Assembly: GCA_032654565.1 (NCBI GenBank)
Contig: JAULAX010000015.1
Coordinates: 224,001 to 288,000, forward strand
Length of the DNA stretch: 64,000 nt
Source of the DNA: Anaeromyxobacteraceae bacterium
GTDB taxonomy: Bacteria; Myxococcota; Myxococcia; Myxococcales; Anaeromyxobacteraceae
Direction of reading: 5' to 3'
Under the pieces are notes generated by a model, which saw only the letters and a program-made list of their open reading frames with translations, searched no databases and was not told the DNA's origin. Below, one piece after another: positions 30,992 through 41,647 of this stretch. Made by a program: the position numbers and the translations under genes. The stretch's first letter is position 1. Each line of letters begins with the position of its first letter.

Positions 30992-33208
30992 TCAGGGGCG
31001 GCGGGCCTTGCCCTCGAGCTCGGCCGCGCCCGGCCGTGCGCGGGCGGGCGGGGTGGTCCGGGGGGACTCGGCCTGGAGGCGCGGCGTCGGTCCGGCGGCG
31101 ACGGGGGGCTGGGCTCCGAGGCGTGCGGTCGCCTGCTGCCGGAGCCTCAGGTTCGGCCCTGTGCTCGCGACCTGGGCGATCGCGGCCTGGCCAGCGGCGT
31201 CGTAGTCGAACCAGAGCAGGTACTCGAGCCGTGCCAGCTGCGCGCTGGCGGCGGCGGCGGCGAGCGCCTGGAGCTCGGCGAGGAAGGTCGCGCCGAGCTC
31301 GGGACCACAGGCGAGGGAGTCCGACCGTGGCCAGGCGACCCGCGGCGCGTGGAAGATGGGGGCCAGGACGGCGAGCCACGGCGACCGCTCCGCCGGCGGG
31401 AGCGCGCGGATCAGGAGGCAGGCCGCCGCCAGGGCCTCGACGGTGGCGCGGTCCGAGTCCAGGGCGTCGTAATAGGCCTGGAACCCGCCGGGGGCGAGCG
31501 GGGGGAGGCCACCGTAGCGGATGGCCCGCTCCTGGTGGGAGGCCGAGCGGGAGGCGAAGAGGTCGCCGGCCACGGTCCCCGGCGTCGGCTGGAGGACGGT
31601 CGCCGGGGCCATGAAGATCTCGTCCGCGATCGGCGTGTCGGGGTGCGCCTCACCCTCGTCGGGCGCGAGGTAGCCGCCCGCGGGGACCGCGACCTCCAGC
31701 GGGACGCCTGGCGTCAGCGTGTGGGTGGTGACTCCGCCCGCGGCGTCCACCACGGTGAGCGGGTAGGGCACCAGCAGCAGGTGGAGCGGGTCCTGGAGCG
31801 TCAGCCTGGCCACCGTGTCCCCCGCGCCGGGCACGAGCGCCGCGGCGAGGACGGGCAGGTCGAACCGCGGCAGGATGGCGAGGACCTGCTGGATCTCCAG
31901 CTCGGTGAGATCCGGCGAGAAGGCCCTGACGAACTGCTCGCCGGTGGCGCTGCCCCAGGCATGGTCGGCCAGGAACTGGCGGAGGTGCGCCCAGAACGCG
32001 GTCTCGCCGACCCGGGCGCGGATCTGCGTGATGAGGGCGGCGGAGCGCGTGTACGGGCCGCTGGTGTACTTGGCCAGCCCGGCGAGCGACGGATCCACGA
32101 TGGCGTCCCACGTGTTGAAGGCGAAGGAGGAGGCCAGCAGCCGGCCCCGGCCTTCCCGGTCGCTCCTGGCCCGGTCCGCCTCGGCGGCCAGCAGGGTCGC
32201 CATCCCCTCCTTGACCCAGACGTCGTCGTAGCCGTGCATCGTCACGTAGTCGCCGAACCAGTGGTGCGCCAGCTCGTGGGTGTTCACCTCGATGCTGAAG
32301 AGCGGGTCCTGCCCGAAGTCCTCCGACTCGATGGTGATGGTGGCGTTCTCCATCCCCCACCCGGGCATGGGCTGGAGCACCACCGCGTAGCGGGAGAACG
32401 GGTATGGCCCGAGCAGCGCCTCGAAGGTGGCCATGGCTCCGGCCACCACGTCGAGGGTCAGGGCCGGATCGATGGCCAGGCCGCGGCGGTACCAGAGGGC
32501 GAGCGGCACGCTGCTGCCCGTCGGCCGGTCGACGTGCTCGAGCTGTCCGGCGGCGAACGCCATCAGGTAGGTGGCGATGGGCACGTCGAGCGCGTAGGCC
32601 ACCCGGCGACCCTCGGGGACCACCGAGTCCGAGATGCGCTCGCCGTTGGCCACCACGTCCTCGTCGGCGGCCACGGTCAGGACGACCGAGAACAGGGCGG
32701 GATCGCTCGGGTCGTCCTTCTGCACCAGCCACTCGTGGCCGCGGTTGGGCTCAGAGTCGGTGAAGACGATGCGGGACCGGACCGGGTCCCTGGCCGTGGA
32801 GTTGGTGGACCAGAGCGAACTGGCCGTGGACGAGGACACCGTGTAGTCGACCGTGAAGGTGACCGGGGAGGTCCCGGGCGCGAGCGGCCCCAGGTCCACC
32901 CGGAGCGTGGCGCCGCTGGCCGCCCAGGCCAGCGGCTGGCTCCCGGCGCGGACCGCGGTCACCTGCATGGTGGCGTCGAGCTCCACCACCGGGCCGGCGC
33001 CGGCTTGCAGCGCCAGCGTGATGGCCTCGGAGGCGATGAGCCTGGAGGTGGCCCAGTCGTAGCGGCCGGAGAGCGCGTAGGCGATGGCGTCGTAGCTGCG
33101 GGTGCCGGCGCAGCCGGGCAGGCACGACACCGGCCCGGGGTCGGACTTCTTGCCGGAGCAGCCGGCCAGCATCATCGAGAGCGCAGCCACCACGAGCACC
33201 TGACGCAT
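30992..33208 (-). CDS. M1 family aminopeptidase lipoprotein
   Basis: Lipobox LAGC; GWGMEN, HELAHHWFGD and WVKEG motifs. Confidence 0.9.
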   Translation of the reverse strand: MRQVLVVAALSMMLAGCSGKKSDPGPVSCLPGCAGTRSYDAIAYALSGRYDWATSRLIASEAITLALQAGAGPVVELDATMQVTAVRAGSQPLAWAASGATLRVDLGPLAPGTSPVTFTVDYTVSSSTASSLWSTNSTARDPVRSRIVFTDSEPNRGHEWLVQKDDPSDPALFSVVLTVAADEDVVANGERISDSVVPEGRRVAYALDVPIATYLMAFAAGQLEHVDRPTGSSVPLALWYRRGLAIDPALTLDVVAGAMATFEALLGPYPFSRYAVVLQPMPGWGMENATITIESEDFGQDPLFSIEVNTHELAHHWFGDYVTMHGYDDVWVKEGMATLLAAEADRARSDREGRGRLLASSFAFNTWDAIVDPSLAGLAKYTSGPYTRSAALITQIRARVGETAFWAHLRQFLADHAWGSATGEQFVRAFSPDLTELEIQQVLAILPRFDLPVLAAALVPGAGDTVARLTLQDPLHLLLVPYPLTVVDAAGGVTTHTLTPGVPLEVAVPAGGYLAPDEGEAHPDTPIADEIFMAPATVLQPTPGTVAGDLFASRSASHQERAIRYGGLPPLAPGGFQAYYDALDSDRATVEALAAACLLIRALPPAERSPWLAVLAPIFHAPRVAWPRSDSLACGPELGATFLAELQALAAAAASAQLARLEYLLWFDYDAAGQAAIAQVASTGPNLRLRQQATARLGAQPPVAAGPTPRLQAESPRTTPPARARPGAAELEGKARRP

Positions 33209-33403
33209 CCGCCGCCTCCCCAGGTTCAGACCGATCGGTCAAGAAGGGTAGAACACCGCAGCCACCGGCCTGTTGACGAGCAGCCCGGTGCGGTTCGGTC
33301 CTCCTGCTTCAGTAGGACGCACTGTGCGCGTCCGGTCGTCGCGTGGCAACGGGGAGCGCCATGGCCCTTGGTGCTCCCCCCTGGTCGGCCGCAGCGCGGT
33401 CAG

Positions 33404-33502
33404 GAGACCCCGCGAGACGTTGCCGTCTGGCGGGGGCCGGGATGTCGGACCAGTTGAAAGTGCCCGGACCCGAAGTCGAACCAGGGGCACGGGGATCTTC
33501 AG
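33404..33502. repeat. Degenerate third copy of the tRNA-Phe 3' half/att repeat
   Basis: ccccgcgaga...ggggccgggatgtcggaccagttgaaagtgcccggacccgaagtcgaaccaggggcacggggatcttcag aligns with 39842-39938 and 48963-49059. Confidence 0.8.
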
Positions 33503-33767
33503 GCCTGGAGACGCGGTGGCCGAGACCGCGGAATCCCAAGGGGGACCCGGTGACCGCGGCGGGGGGGCAACACCATTGTAACGTCCGGACCGGCCGCAAT
33601 GTCCCCGCTGCTCGTCCGCACTGGCCCGGTCGGTCTGGGCCGTGGGGGCAGGCCAGGCGACGGCCCGGCGCGGACCGGCGTGACCGACCGATGAAGGGTG
33701 TGGGTGGCTTGCCTGCCTGGGCGCCGGCGCCCATCATGCAGGCCCCATCCTCCTGGAAGGTGCAGCC

Positions 33768-36700
33768 ATGTCGCTCCGCTCCGGTCTGCTCGCCCTCGGC
33801 GTCGTCCCGGTCCTCCTGGCGGCCTGCGGAGGAGGTGGCAGCCCGGTCCCGGTCTGCGGAGATGGCATCAAGGCCATCGCGGAGGCCTGCGACGACGGCA
33901 ACACCACGAACGGGGACGGCTGCTCCGCGACCTGCACCATCTCCGCCGGTTACACCTGCGCAGGCTCGCCCAGCGTCTGCGCCACCACCTGCGGCGATGG
34001 CATCAAGGCCGGTGCCGAGGCCTGCGACGACGGGAACACCACCACCGGCGACGGTTGCTCGAGCGCGTGCACGGTGGAGGTCGCCTTCGCGCCCCCGATC
34101 GACCCGACCGTGGCCACCGACATCTTCGCGAGCACCGCCTTTCTTCATACCGGCGTGAATCCGATCCAGGCTGGCGTCACCGCCGGTACCATCGACCCGC
34201 GCCGCGTCTCGGTGCTGCGCGGCAAGGTGCTGAATCGAGACGACAGCGTCCTGCCCGGCGCCGTGGTGAGCGTGCTCGGCCACCCGGAGCTGGGGAGCAC
34301 GATCAGCCGCGCCGACGGCATGTTCGACCTCGCGGTCAACGGCGGCGGCGAGCTCACCTTGCGTTACGAGAAGGCCGGCTTCCTCGCCGTCCAGCGCGCC
34401 GTCGTCGCGCCCTGGCGCGACTACGCCTGGATGCCCGACGTGGTGATGGTGCCGCTCGACACCGCGGTGACCACCGTCACCCTCGGCGCGGCGACGCTGC
34501 AGGTGGCGCGAGGGAGCAGCGTGAGCGACTCCGACGGCACCAGGCGGGCCACGGTGCTGGTCCCACCGGGCACGACAGCCAGCCTCGTGCTGCCGGACGG
34601 CACCAGCCGACCCCTGAGCACCATCTCCGTTCGCGCCACCGAGTTCACGGTGGGGAAGAGCGGGCCGAGGGCCATGCCCGCGTCACTTCCCCCGAGCAGC
34701 GGCTACACCTACGCCGCCGAGCTCAGCGTCGACGAGGCGATCAGCGCCGGCGCCGTCGAGGTGCGCTTCAGCCAGCCGCTGCCAGTCTACGTCGAGAACT
34801 TCCTCGGCTTCCCCGTCGGAGGCGCGGTGCCCTCCGGCTCCTACGACCGGCAGCAGGGGCGATGGAGGGCGTCGGCCGACGGTCGCGTGATCAAGCTGCT
34901 CGGCGTCACCGGCGGCCTGGCGGACCTCGACGTCAGCGGCGGCGACACGGCCGCCAGCCCCGCTGCCCTGGCGTCGCTGGGCATCATCGACCAGGAGCGC
35001 GCCCGCCTGGCCCTCCTCTACGCGCCCGGGCAGAGCATCTGGCGCGTGCCCGTGACGCACTTCACGCCGTGGGACTTCAACTGGCCCTTCGGCCCCCCGG
35101 CCGGCGCAGCCTCGCCGCCCTCGCCCGAGGACGGCAGTCCGATCGTGGATGACCCGGGTCAGGAGTGCGGCTCGGTGATCGGCTGCGAGGATCAGACCCT
35201 GGGCGAGTCGGTCCCCGTGACCGGGACCCCGTGGCGCCTGCACTACCAGAGCGACCGGGTCCCTGGGCGCACCGCCGAGCGCGAGCTCCTCGTCGTGCTC
35301 AGCGGCGCGGCGCCGCTGCCCGCCGGGCTCAAGCGCATCGAGCTCGAGATCTCCGTGGCAGGACGGCGGTTCTCGCAGGCCTTCGCGGCCACGCCGGGCC
35401 AGTCCTACCGGTTCACCTGGGACGGCCAGGACGCCTATGGTCGAGCGCTCCAGGGATCGCAGCTTGCCGCGGTCACCGTTGGCTATGTCTACGGCGGGGT
35501 CTACCTGCAACCATCGGAGAAGCCCGGTGACGGTTACGATTCCTTGTTCGGTCACTGGTCATACTTCGGGGCACCCGTCTCGGCGAACCTGGAGAGAGCG
35601 GAGGTCACGCTCCTGCGGCGCTGGACCGCGTCGGTGGGGGCGTGGGATGGGCGTGGTCTCGGGCTGGGCGGCTGGAGCCTGGGCCTTCACCACGCCTACG
35701 ACCCGATGGCCCGCAGGCTGTACCTCGGAGATGGCCGGCAGCGCCGCGCCGAGGCACGCGCCGCCCAGACCGTCGTCGTGACGGTCGCCGGCAACGGCGT
35801 GCAGGACTTCAGCGGCGACCAGGGACCGGCGACGAAGGCGAGCCTGAACAACGTGCGGGGTGTCGCCGCGAGCCCCGACGGCAGCCTGTACCTCGCGGAC
35901 ACCGGAAACCAACGGATCCGCCGCGTCGCGCCGGACGGGGTGATCACCACCGTGGCGGGTACCGGCGTCTTCGGTTTCAGCGGCGACGGAGGACCGGCCA
36001 CGGCGGCGCAGCTGTTCGACCCGCAGGCGGTCGCCGTGGGCTCCGACGGCAGCCTGTACATCGCGGACTACGACAACCACCGCATTCGTCGCGTCGGGCC
36101 GGACGGCATCATCTCCACCGTGGCGGGCACCGGCGTCGGCGGCTTCGGCGGCGATGGTGGGGCGGCGGCGGGGGCACGGCTGAATGGACCTTCCGGTGTG
36201 GCGGTTCGAGCGGATGGCACCCTGTTCATCGCGGACAGCGGCAATCATCGCATCCGCAGGGTCTGGACGGACGGCACCATGAGCACCGTGACGGGCGACG
36301 GCTTCTTCCAGTCTACCGGTGACGGGGGTCCGGCCGGATCGGCACAGGTGGCAGCCCCGACGGACGTTGCCCTGGGGCCGGACGGTTCCCTCTTCATCGC
36401 GGAGTACGGTGGGTCGCGCATCCGTCAGGTCCGGCCGGACGGCATCATCTCCACCGTGGCAGGCACTGGCGTGGAGGGCTTTGGAGGCGACGGAGGCCCG
36501 GCGACGGAGGCCCGGCTGGCCCGGCCCGCCGCCATTGCGGTGGGGCCGGACGGCAGCCTGTACGTCGCCGACCGCATCAACCTCCGGGTTCGCCGGGTCG
36601 GGATCGGCGGCAGCATCCGCACCATCGCCGGCAACGGGACCCCGGGCTACAGCGGCGACGGCGGGCCCGCCACGGCCGCGCAGCTGGCGGACCCCACGGG

Positions 36701-39700
36701 TCTCTCCGTGGGTCCGGATGGCAACATCTACATCGCGGACAACACCAACCGGCGCATCGCCAGGATCCAGTCGGCCCACGCCGGCTATGGCGGCACGGAG
36801 CTCCTCTTCCCCTCGGAGGATGGCCGAGAGCTCTACGTGTTCAACAGCGTCGGGCGCCACCTCAGGACCATGGACGCGCTGACCGGGGCCTTGCGCCACG
36901 CCTTCAGCTACGGGCCAGCGGGCTACCTGGTGTCGGTCGCCGACGGCAGCGGAAACCTGACGACCATCGAGCGTTCGGGCGCGGTGGCCACGGCCATCGT
37001 GGCGCCGGGGGGGCAGCGCACCGCGCTCACGGTCGACGCGAGGGGCTGGCTGGAGGGCGTGGCCAACCCCGCCGGCGAGACGCACGTGATGAGCCATTCC
37101 TCCGGCGGGCTGCTGCAGACCTTCACCGATCCCCGGGGCAGCCTCCACCGCTTCACCTACGACACCGTGGGGCGTCTCGTCGAGGATCACGATCCGCTCC
37201 TCGGCAGCACCACGCTCGTCCGCACGGAGCAGGGCAGCGGCTACACGGTCACGACCACGTCGACGCTCGGCCGGGCCCACCTCTACCAGGTGGAGCGGCT
37301 GCCCGCGGGGGCCGTGCGCCGCGCGTTCACCGGCGCGAGCGGCGCCACGAGCACCCGCCTTTCCGGCTCGGACGGGAGCGAGCAGCGCACCTCCGCGGAC
37401 GGCACCACCACCAGCCTGATCTACCGGCCCGATCCCCGGTTTGGGATGCTGGCGCCCATCGCGGCCAGCGTGATCGAGCAGAGGCCCAGCGGCCTCAGGC
37501 GCACGGTGACCGCCACGCGCAGCGCCGCGCTCGCAAATGCCGGCGATCCGCTGAGCCTGACCAGGCTCGTCGAGACCATCAACGACAACGGCGCCGTGAG
37601 CAGCTGGGCCTACAGCCATGACGGCGTCACGCGCAGCATCACCCACACTTCGGCGGCTGGACGGGGCAGCGTGGTGACGCTGGACGAGCTGGGGCGGGCG
37701 ATCGAGGTCCGGGTGCCAGGGCTGGATCCGGCGAGCTTCACCTACGACGCTCGCGGGCTGCTCAGCACCGTCACCGAGGGCACCGGCGGCGGCAACCGCA
37801 CCTCCAGCCTCTCCTACAACGGGAAGCACGAGCTCGTCGGAGCCAGCGATCCGCTCCTTCGCACCGTCGGCATGTCCTACGACGCCGCCGGACGGGTGGT
37901 GGCCCTGACCCTGCCCGGCGCGCGCGCCGTGGCCTTCGGCTACGACGCGGCCGGCAACGTCACCGCCGTCACGCCACCCGGGCGCACGGCGCACGCCTTC
38001 GACTACAGCTCGCTCGACCAGGTCGCCAGCTACACGCCGCCCGGCGGCACCGCCACACGGTACGGCTACGACCCGGACGGCGCCCTGACCACGGTGACCG
38101 TTCCAGGCGTCCGCGCCCTGACCGTCGCGTACGACGGGGCCGGGCGGGCCAGCACGCTGGCCATGGCGCGCGGGTCGATCGGCTACACCTTCGACGGCAC
38201 CTCTGGCCAGTTGACCGGGGTCACCGCGCCCGGCGGGCTGGGGCTGGTCTACGCCTACGACGGTGACCTGCTTACGAGCGTCACCTGGAGCGGCGCCGTG
38301 GCCGGCAGCGCGGGCTACACGTACGACAGCGACCTGCGCGTCACCGAGGAGCGCATCAACTCGGCCAACGGCATCGGCTTCACCTACGACGCCGACGGCC
38401 TGCTCACGGCGGCGGGGGGCCTGGTCCTGGCCCACGACGCGACCAGCGGACTGCTCACGGGCAGCACGCTGGGCGGCGTCACGGACACCCTGGCTTACAG
38501 CAGCCTGGGCGAGCCGACGAGCTACGTTGCCAGGCACTCCACCACCGACGTCTTTGGCGCCGCCTACACCCGGGACGCCCTTGGCCGCGTCACGCGGCTC
38601 GTGGAGACCGTCCTCGGTGCGACCACCACCTACGACTTCGGCTACGCCGCCGCCGGCTTCCTCAATACCGTCACCAGGGACGCGGTGGCCGTCGGGAGCT
38701 ACTCCTACGACGCCAATGGCAACCGCACCGCGGCCAACGGGGTGAGCGCGACCTACGACGCCCAGGATCGGCTGACGACCCTCGGCGGCACCAGCTACAG
38801 CTACACGGCTGGCGGCGAGCTGCTCGGCAAGGTCACCGGCATCCAGACCACCACCTACCAGTACGACGAGCTCGGCAACTTGCTGCAGGTCACGCTGCCA
38901 GACGGCACGGTCATCGAGTACCTGATCGACGGCGCGCACCGCCGTGTCGGCAGGAAGGTGAACGGCGCCCTGGTCCAAGGCTTCCTCTACCAGGACGCGT
39001 TACGTCCCGTGGTCGAGCTGGACGGAGGCGGGGCCGTGGTCAGCCGCTTCGTCTACGCCACCCACGCCAACGTGCCCGACTACCTGGTGAAGGGGGGCGC
39101 GACCTACCGGATCATCACCGATCACCTCGGGAGCCCGAGGGTGGTGATCGACGTGGCCAGTGGCACGGTGGCCCAGCGGCTCGACTACGATGCGTTCGGG
39201 CGGGTGCTGGGCGACAGCAACCCGGGCTTCCAGCCATTTGGCTTCGGGGGCGGGCTGTACGACCGGGATACCAGGCTGGTGCGCTTCGGTGCGCGCGACT
39301 ACGACGCCGAGACTGGGCGGTGGACGGCGAAGGACCCGCTGGGCTTCATGGCCGGCGACGCCAATCTCTACGCCTACGTCGGGAACGACCCGATGAACCG
39401 GATCGATCCCTCCGGACTCGCCGAGGTCTGCGCGACGGACCGACACGTCAGGCCCGGCGACACGCTCTTCATCAGTACCCATGGCTTCCGTCCCCTCTCC
39501 CAGCCACGCCTCGGCTCGGCACCGATCGGCTACGTCGCCCACGGGACTCCAGTCATCTTCCGTGGGTTCGCTCCGAACGACAGTCGGTTGGTCCAGATCG
39601 AGGTGAATGGGCAGGGCGGTTACGTGCTCCGAGAATCCCTGTCGACCCGGAATTTCGAGACCGAGGTCCTGCCCGGGCTGCCTTTGGTTGGCAAGCCGAT

Positions 39701-39746
39701 GAGCGCCCAGGCGTTCCCTTCCTCTGGCGCCGGCACCAAGGGATAG
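33768..39746 (+). CDS. Teneurin-like Rhs/YD-repeat lipoprotein (Cys-rich repeats, NHL propeller, YD shell, Rhs core)
   Basis: Lipobox LAAC; two CDDGN repeats; NHL repeats (GDGGPA...PDGSLYIAD); many YD repeats; TDHLGSPR, FGARDYD, PMNRIDPSGL. Confidence 0.92.
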   Translation: MSLRSGLLALGVVPVLLAACGGGGSPVPVCGDGIKAIAEACDDGNTTNGDGCSATCTISAGYTCAGSPSVCATTCGDGIKAGAEACDDGNTTTGDGCSSACTVEVAFAPPIDPTVATDIFASTAFLHTGVNPIQAGVTAGTIDPRRVSVLRGKVLNRDDSVLPGAVVSVLGHPELGSTISRADGMFDLAVNGGGELTLRYEKAGFLAVQRAVVAPWRDYAWMPDVVMVPLDTAVTTVTLGAATLQVARGSSVSDSDGTRRATVLVPPGTTASLVLPDGTSRPLSTISVRATEFTVGKSGPRAMPASLPPSSGYTYAAELSVDEAISAGAVEVRFSQPLPVYVENFLGFPVGGAVPSGSYDRQQGRWRASADGRVIKLLGVTGGLADLDVSGGDTAASPAALASLGIIDQERARLALLYAPGQSIWRVPVTHFTPWDFNWPFGPPAGAASPPSPEDGSPIVDDPGQECGSVIGCEDQTLGESVPVTGTPWRLHYQSDRVPGRTAERELLVVLSGAAPLPAGLKRIELEISVAGRRFSQAFAATPGQSYRFTWDGQDAYGRALQGSQLAAVTVGYVYGGVYLQPSEKPGDGYDSLFGHWSYFGAPVSANLERAEVTLLRRWTASVGAWDGRGLGLGGWSLGLHHAYDPMARRLYLGDGRQRRAEARAAQTVVVTVAGNGVQDFSGDQGPATKASLNNVRGVAASPDGSLYLADTGNQRIRRVAPDGVITTVAGTGVFGFSGDGGPATAAQLFDPQAVAVGSDGSLYIADYDNHRIRRVGPDGIISTVAGTGVGGFGGDGGAAAGARLNGPSGVAVRADGTLFIADSGNHRIRRVWTDGTMSTVTGDGFFQSTGDGGPAGSAQVAAPTDVALGPDGSLFIAEYGGSRIRQVRPDGIISTVAGTGVEGFGGDGGPATEARLARPAAIAVGPDGSLYVADRINLRVRRVGIGGSIRTIAGNGTPGYSGDGGPATAAQLADPTGLSVGPDGNIYIADNTNRRIARIQSAHAGYGGTELLFPSEDGRELYVFNSVGRHLRTMDALTGALRHAFSYGPAGYLVSVADGSGNLTTIERSGAVATAIVAPGGQRTALTVDARGWLEGVANPAGETHVMSHSSGGLLQTFTDPRGSLHRFTYDTVGRLVEDHDPLLGSTTLVRTEQGSGYTVTTTSTLGRAHLYQVERLPAGAVRRAFTGASGATSTRLSGSDGSEQRTSADGTTTSLIYRPDPRFGMLAPIAASVIEQRPSGLRRTVTATRSAALANAGDPLSLTRLVETINDNGAVSSWAYSHDGVTRSITHTSAAGRGSVVTLDELGRAIEVRVPGLDPASFTYDARGLLSTVTEGTGGGNRTSSLSYNGKHELVGASDPLLRTVGMSYDAAGRVVALTLPGARAVAFGYDAAGNVTAVTPPGRTAHAFDYSSLDQVASYTPPGGTATRYGYDPDGALTTVTVPGVRALTVAYDGAGRASTLAMARGSIGYTFDGTSGQLTGVTAPGGLGLVYAYDGDLLTSVTWSGAVAGSAGYTYDSDLRVTEERINSANGIGFTYDADGLLTAAGGLVLAHDATSGLLTGSTLGGVTDTLAYSSLGEPTSYVARHSTTDVFGAAYTRDALGRVTRLVETVLGATTTYDFGYAAAGFLNTVTRDAVAVGSYSYDANGNRTAANGVSATYDAQDRLTTLGGTSYSYTAGGELLGKVTGIQTTTYQYDELGNLLQVTLPDGTVIEYLIDGAHRRVGRKVNGALVQGFLYQDALRPVVELDGGGAVVSRFVYATHANVPDYLVKGGATYRIITDHLGSPRVVIDVASGTVAQRLDYDAFGRVLGDSNPGFQPFGFGGGLYDRDTRLVRFGARDYDAETGRWTAKDPLGFMAGDANLYAYVGNDPMNRIDPSGLAEVCATDRHVRPGDTLFISTHGFRPLSQPRLGSAPIGYVAHGTPVIFRGFAPNDSRLVQIEVNGQGGYVLRESLSTRNFETEVLPGLPLVGKPMSAQAFPSSGAGTKG

Positions 39747-39841
39747 GGGCGAGGCGGTTCACGACTCGCCTGCACCGTGGCCCTACGTGGGCTCCGGGGC
39801 GCGGGTCAGCCGCCCTGATTCCGCATGCCCCCGAAGACTGA

Positions 39842-39938
39842 AGGCCCCGCGAGAACGTGCGTTCGCGCGGGGCCGAGATGTCGGACGAGATGAAAGTGCC
39901 TGGACCCGGAATCGAACCAGGGACACGGGGAGTTTCAG
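39842..39938. repeat. Distal att repeat (tRNA-Phe 3' half plus terminator hairpin)
   Basis: Matches 48963-49059 with 2 mismatches by eye; similarity to the tRNA stops in the anticodon loop. Confidence 0.92.
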
Positions 39939-40139
39939 GCCTGGTAGGTACGTGGCCAAGGCCGCGGGATCCGCTGGAGAAGCGGCGTGCGAAGGCGGCG
40001 ACTGAAGCAGCATTGTGTCAGGAGGATGTGGGTACGGGAGCCTAGATTCATCGCTGCAACAAGACTCTGCTCGCCCGGCTCGACATGGAAGAGGAAGGCT
40101 TAGTCTGCCGTGAAGGTGCTGGCACACCCTCGTCGCTCA

Positions 40140-40442
40140 TCAGCCTTGAACGCCTATTACGCGGCGCAGCGAGGTCGAGACCACCACGGCAAGCGCGTCT
40201 TCCATCACTCCGTCATGAGCTGCGCTGCGTTCGACTCGGATGATCGCTATGTCGCCTGCTTCCCCTGAGGCCTCCTCGGAGCCGGGCAGAGCGCCACGTG
40301 CGGTCGCGGGTACCCCGGTGCTGACGGAGGCTCTGACGTCCGCATCTGGAAGCCTGCCGTCGGCTGTCCCTAGGGCGACTCTGTACTGGCTGCCAAGGTC
40401 GCGATCCACTATCTCTTGTAGCTCCGCTGCCGTCAGTTTCAT
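40140..40442 (-). CDS. Hypothetical protein (100 aa)
   Basis: ATG 16 nt after the upstream stop; last gene of a co-directional cluster. Confidence 0.65.
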   Translation of the reverse strand: MKLTAAELQEIVDRDLGSQYRVALGTADGRLPDADVRASVSTGVPATARGALPGSEEASGEAGDIAIIRVERSAAHDGVMEDALAVVVSTSLRRVIGVQG

Positions 40443-40457
40443 TTCCGCACCTGAGTG

Positions 40458-41528
40458 TCACCATCCGAGTCCAAGACACGTGTACTGCCTCACCAGCTTG
40501 TACTCAATTGCAGTACCGACGCCCGAAAGCCCGTGGGGCATCCCGGCTCGGTATATCTGCTTCGCCTTGTGTAGCGCTCGCGCCGGTGCCTCTCCGCTCA
40601 TGTGCTCCTTCCAAAATGCCTCGTGCAGCGGACCCCCAAAGTACTTGTATGGCGGAGCCGTCGGCGAGTAGTGGGTTCCGGTACACCCAACGAAGGCTCT
40701 GGCCCCACGCTCCAGGAAGGACATAGCCAAGGACTGCTTTGCAGCTCTCGCAGTCACAGGATAGTTCCTGGGTTGTCGCGCAGCGGCGTTTTCCGCGACC
40801 AGCGCGCCCCAGCAGCATCCAGCAAAGACGGTATCTGCGTACTCGCCTCCCAGGTTCGAGATGTTCATTGCCTCGGGCACCGACGGCTCACCCCAGAATC
40901 GAGTGCCATCAGCGTGTGCGCCGTGGAGCATCAAGTACACCCTTTGTGCGGACACCACTGGACGAGGAAGACCATTGTAGACAGTCGGGTGCGACTGCAA
41001 CATCGCGCCATTCTGCGAAAGGAGAGCGTACACAAAATCCGCAAACGGCCGCGCGATGTTGCGGATACCGTAGCTGCTCTGTCTCCTTGGATTCACTTGA
41101 GGACTAAGCGCGGCAGTCAGAAACTCTCCGCTTCCGCCGTCCGGTACTCGACTCACAGGCAGGTCCGGCCAACTGTCCCCATCTAGGTCCACATATGGTT
41201 CGTCGGACCAGACAACGAAGAGGTCGGCATCGCTGCCTATTTCATACGGCGTAAGCGTGGACCGCAGGCTGGCCGGCAGGCAGTCCATTCGAAAGGACGG
41301 CACAACGTCGTAACCACCGACAATCACGACGCCATCTACAGCCCCTCCGCTCTGTAGTCTCTTCACCACCTTCGACGCAGCGTCGCTAGGCGTTTGTGCT
41401 TCGTCGATGTCCACAACGCCTGCGGCCGCCAGTTCCGCCACGCGGTCCAGTACTCTGAACGTATGCTCGTCGCCCAGGCGTCGCTCTAACGCCTTCGCGC
41501 AAGTTACGAATAGGAGCTTATTGCCCAT
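40458..41528 (-). CDS. C25 (gingipain)/caspase-fold cysteine peptidase-like protein, no signal peptide
   Basis: VVIVGGYDVVP, SDEPY.DLDGD..PDLPVSRVP, LMLHG (His) and FAGCCWG (Cys), FLERGARAFVG. Alternative start 41570. Confidence 0.7.
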   Translation of the reverse strand: MGNKLLFVTCAKALERRLGDEHTFRVLDRVAELAAAGVVDIDEAQTPSDAASKVVKRLQSGGAVDGVVIVGGYDVVPSFRMDCLPASLRSTLTPYEIGSDADLFVVWSDEPYVDLDGDSWPDLPVSRVPDGGSGEFLTAALSPQVNPRRQSSYGIRNIARPFADFVYALLSQNGAMLQSHPTVYNGLPRPVVSAQRVYLMLHGAHADGTRFWGEPSVPEAMNISNLGGEYADTVFAGCCWGALVAENAAARQPRNYPVTARAAKQSLAMSFLERGARAFVGCTGTHYSPTAPPYKYFGGPLHEAFWKEHMSGEAPARALHKAKQIYRAGMPHGLSGVGTAIEYKLVRQYTCLGLGW

Positions 41529-41647
41529 CTGCTTTCCATTCTCGCGTACAATGGCTTGCTCTTGCCGCACCTGGCCCGCTCCAGATGCTCAATCCCGCTC
41601 AGCCGAATCGCCGCTACTCGACCATAGACCGCCGACCGACTGATTCG

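Noticed and set aside
39897..39938. Second tRNA-Phe gene
   Set aside because: Only the 3' half is present; the D-arm and 5' acceptor strand are missing, so it is an att duplicate.
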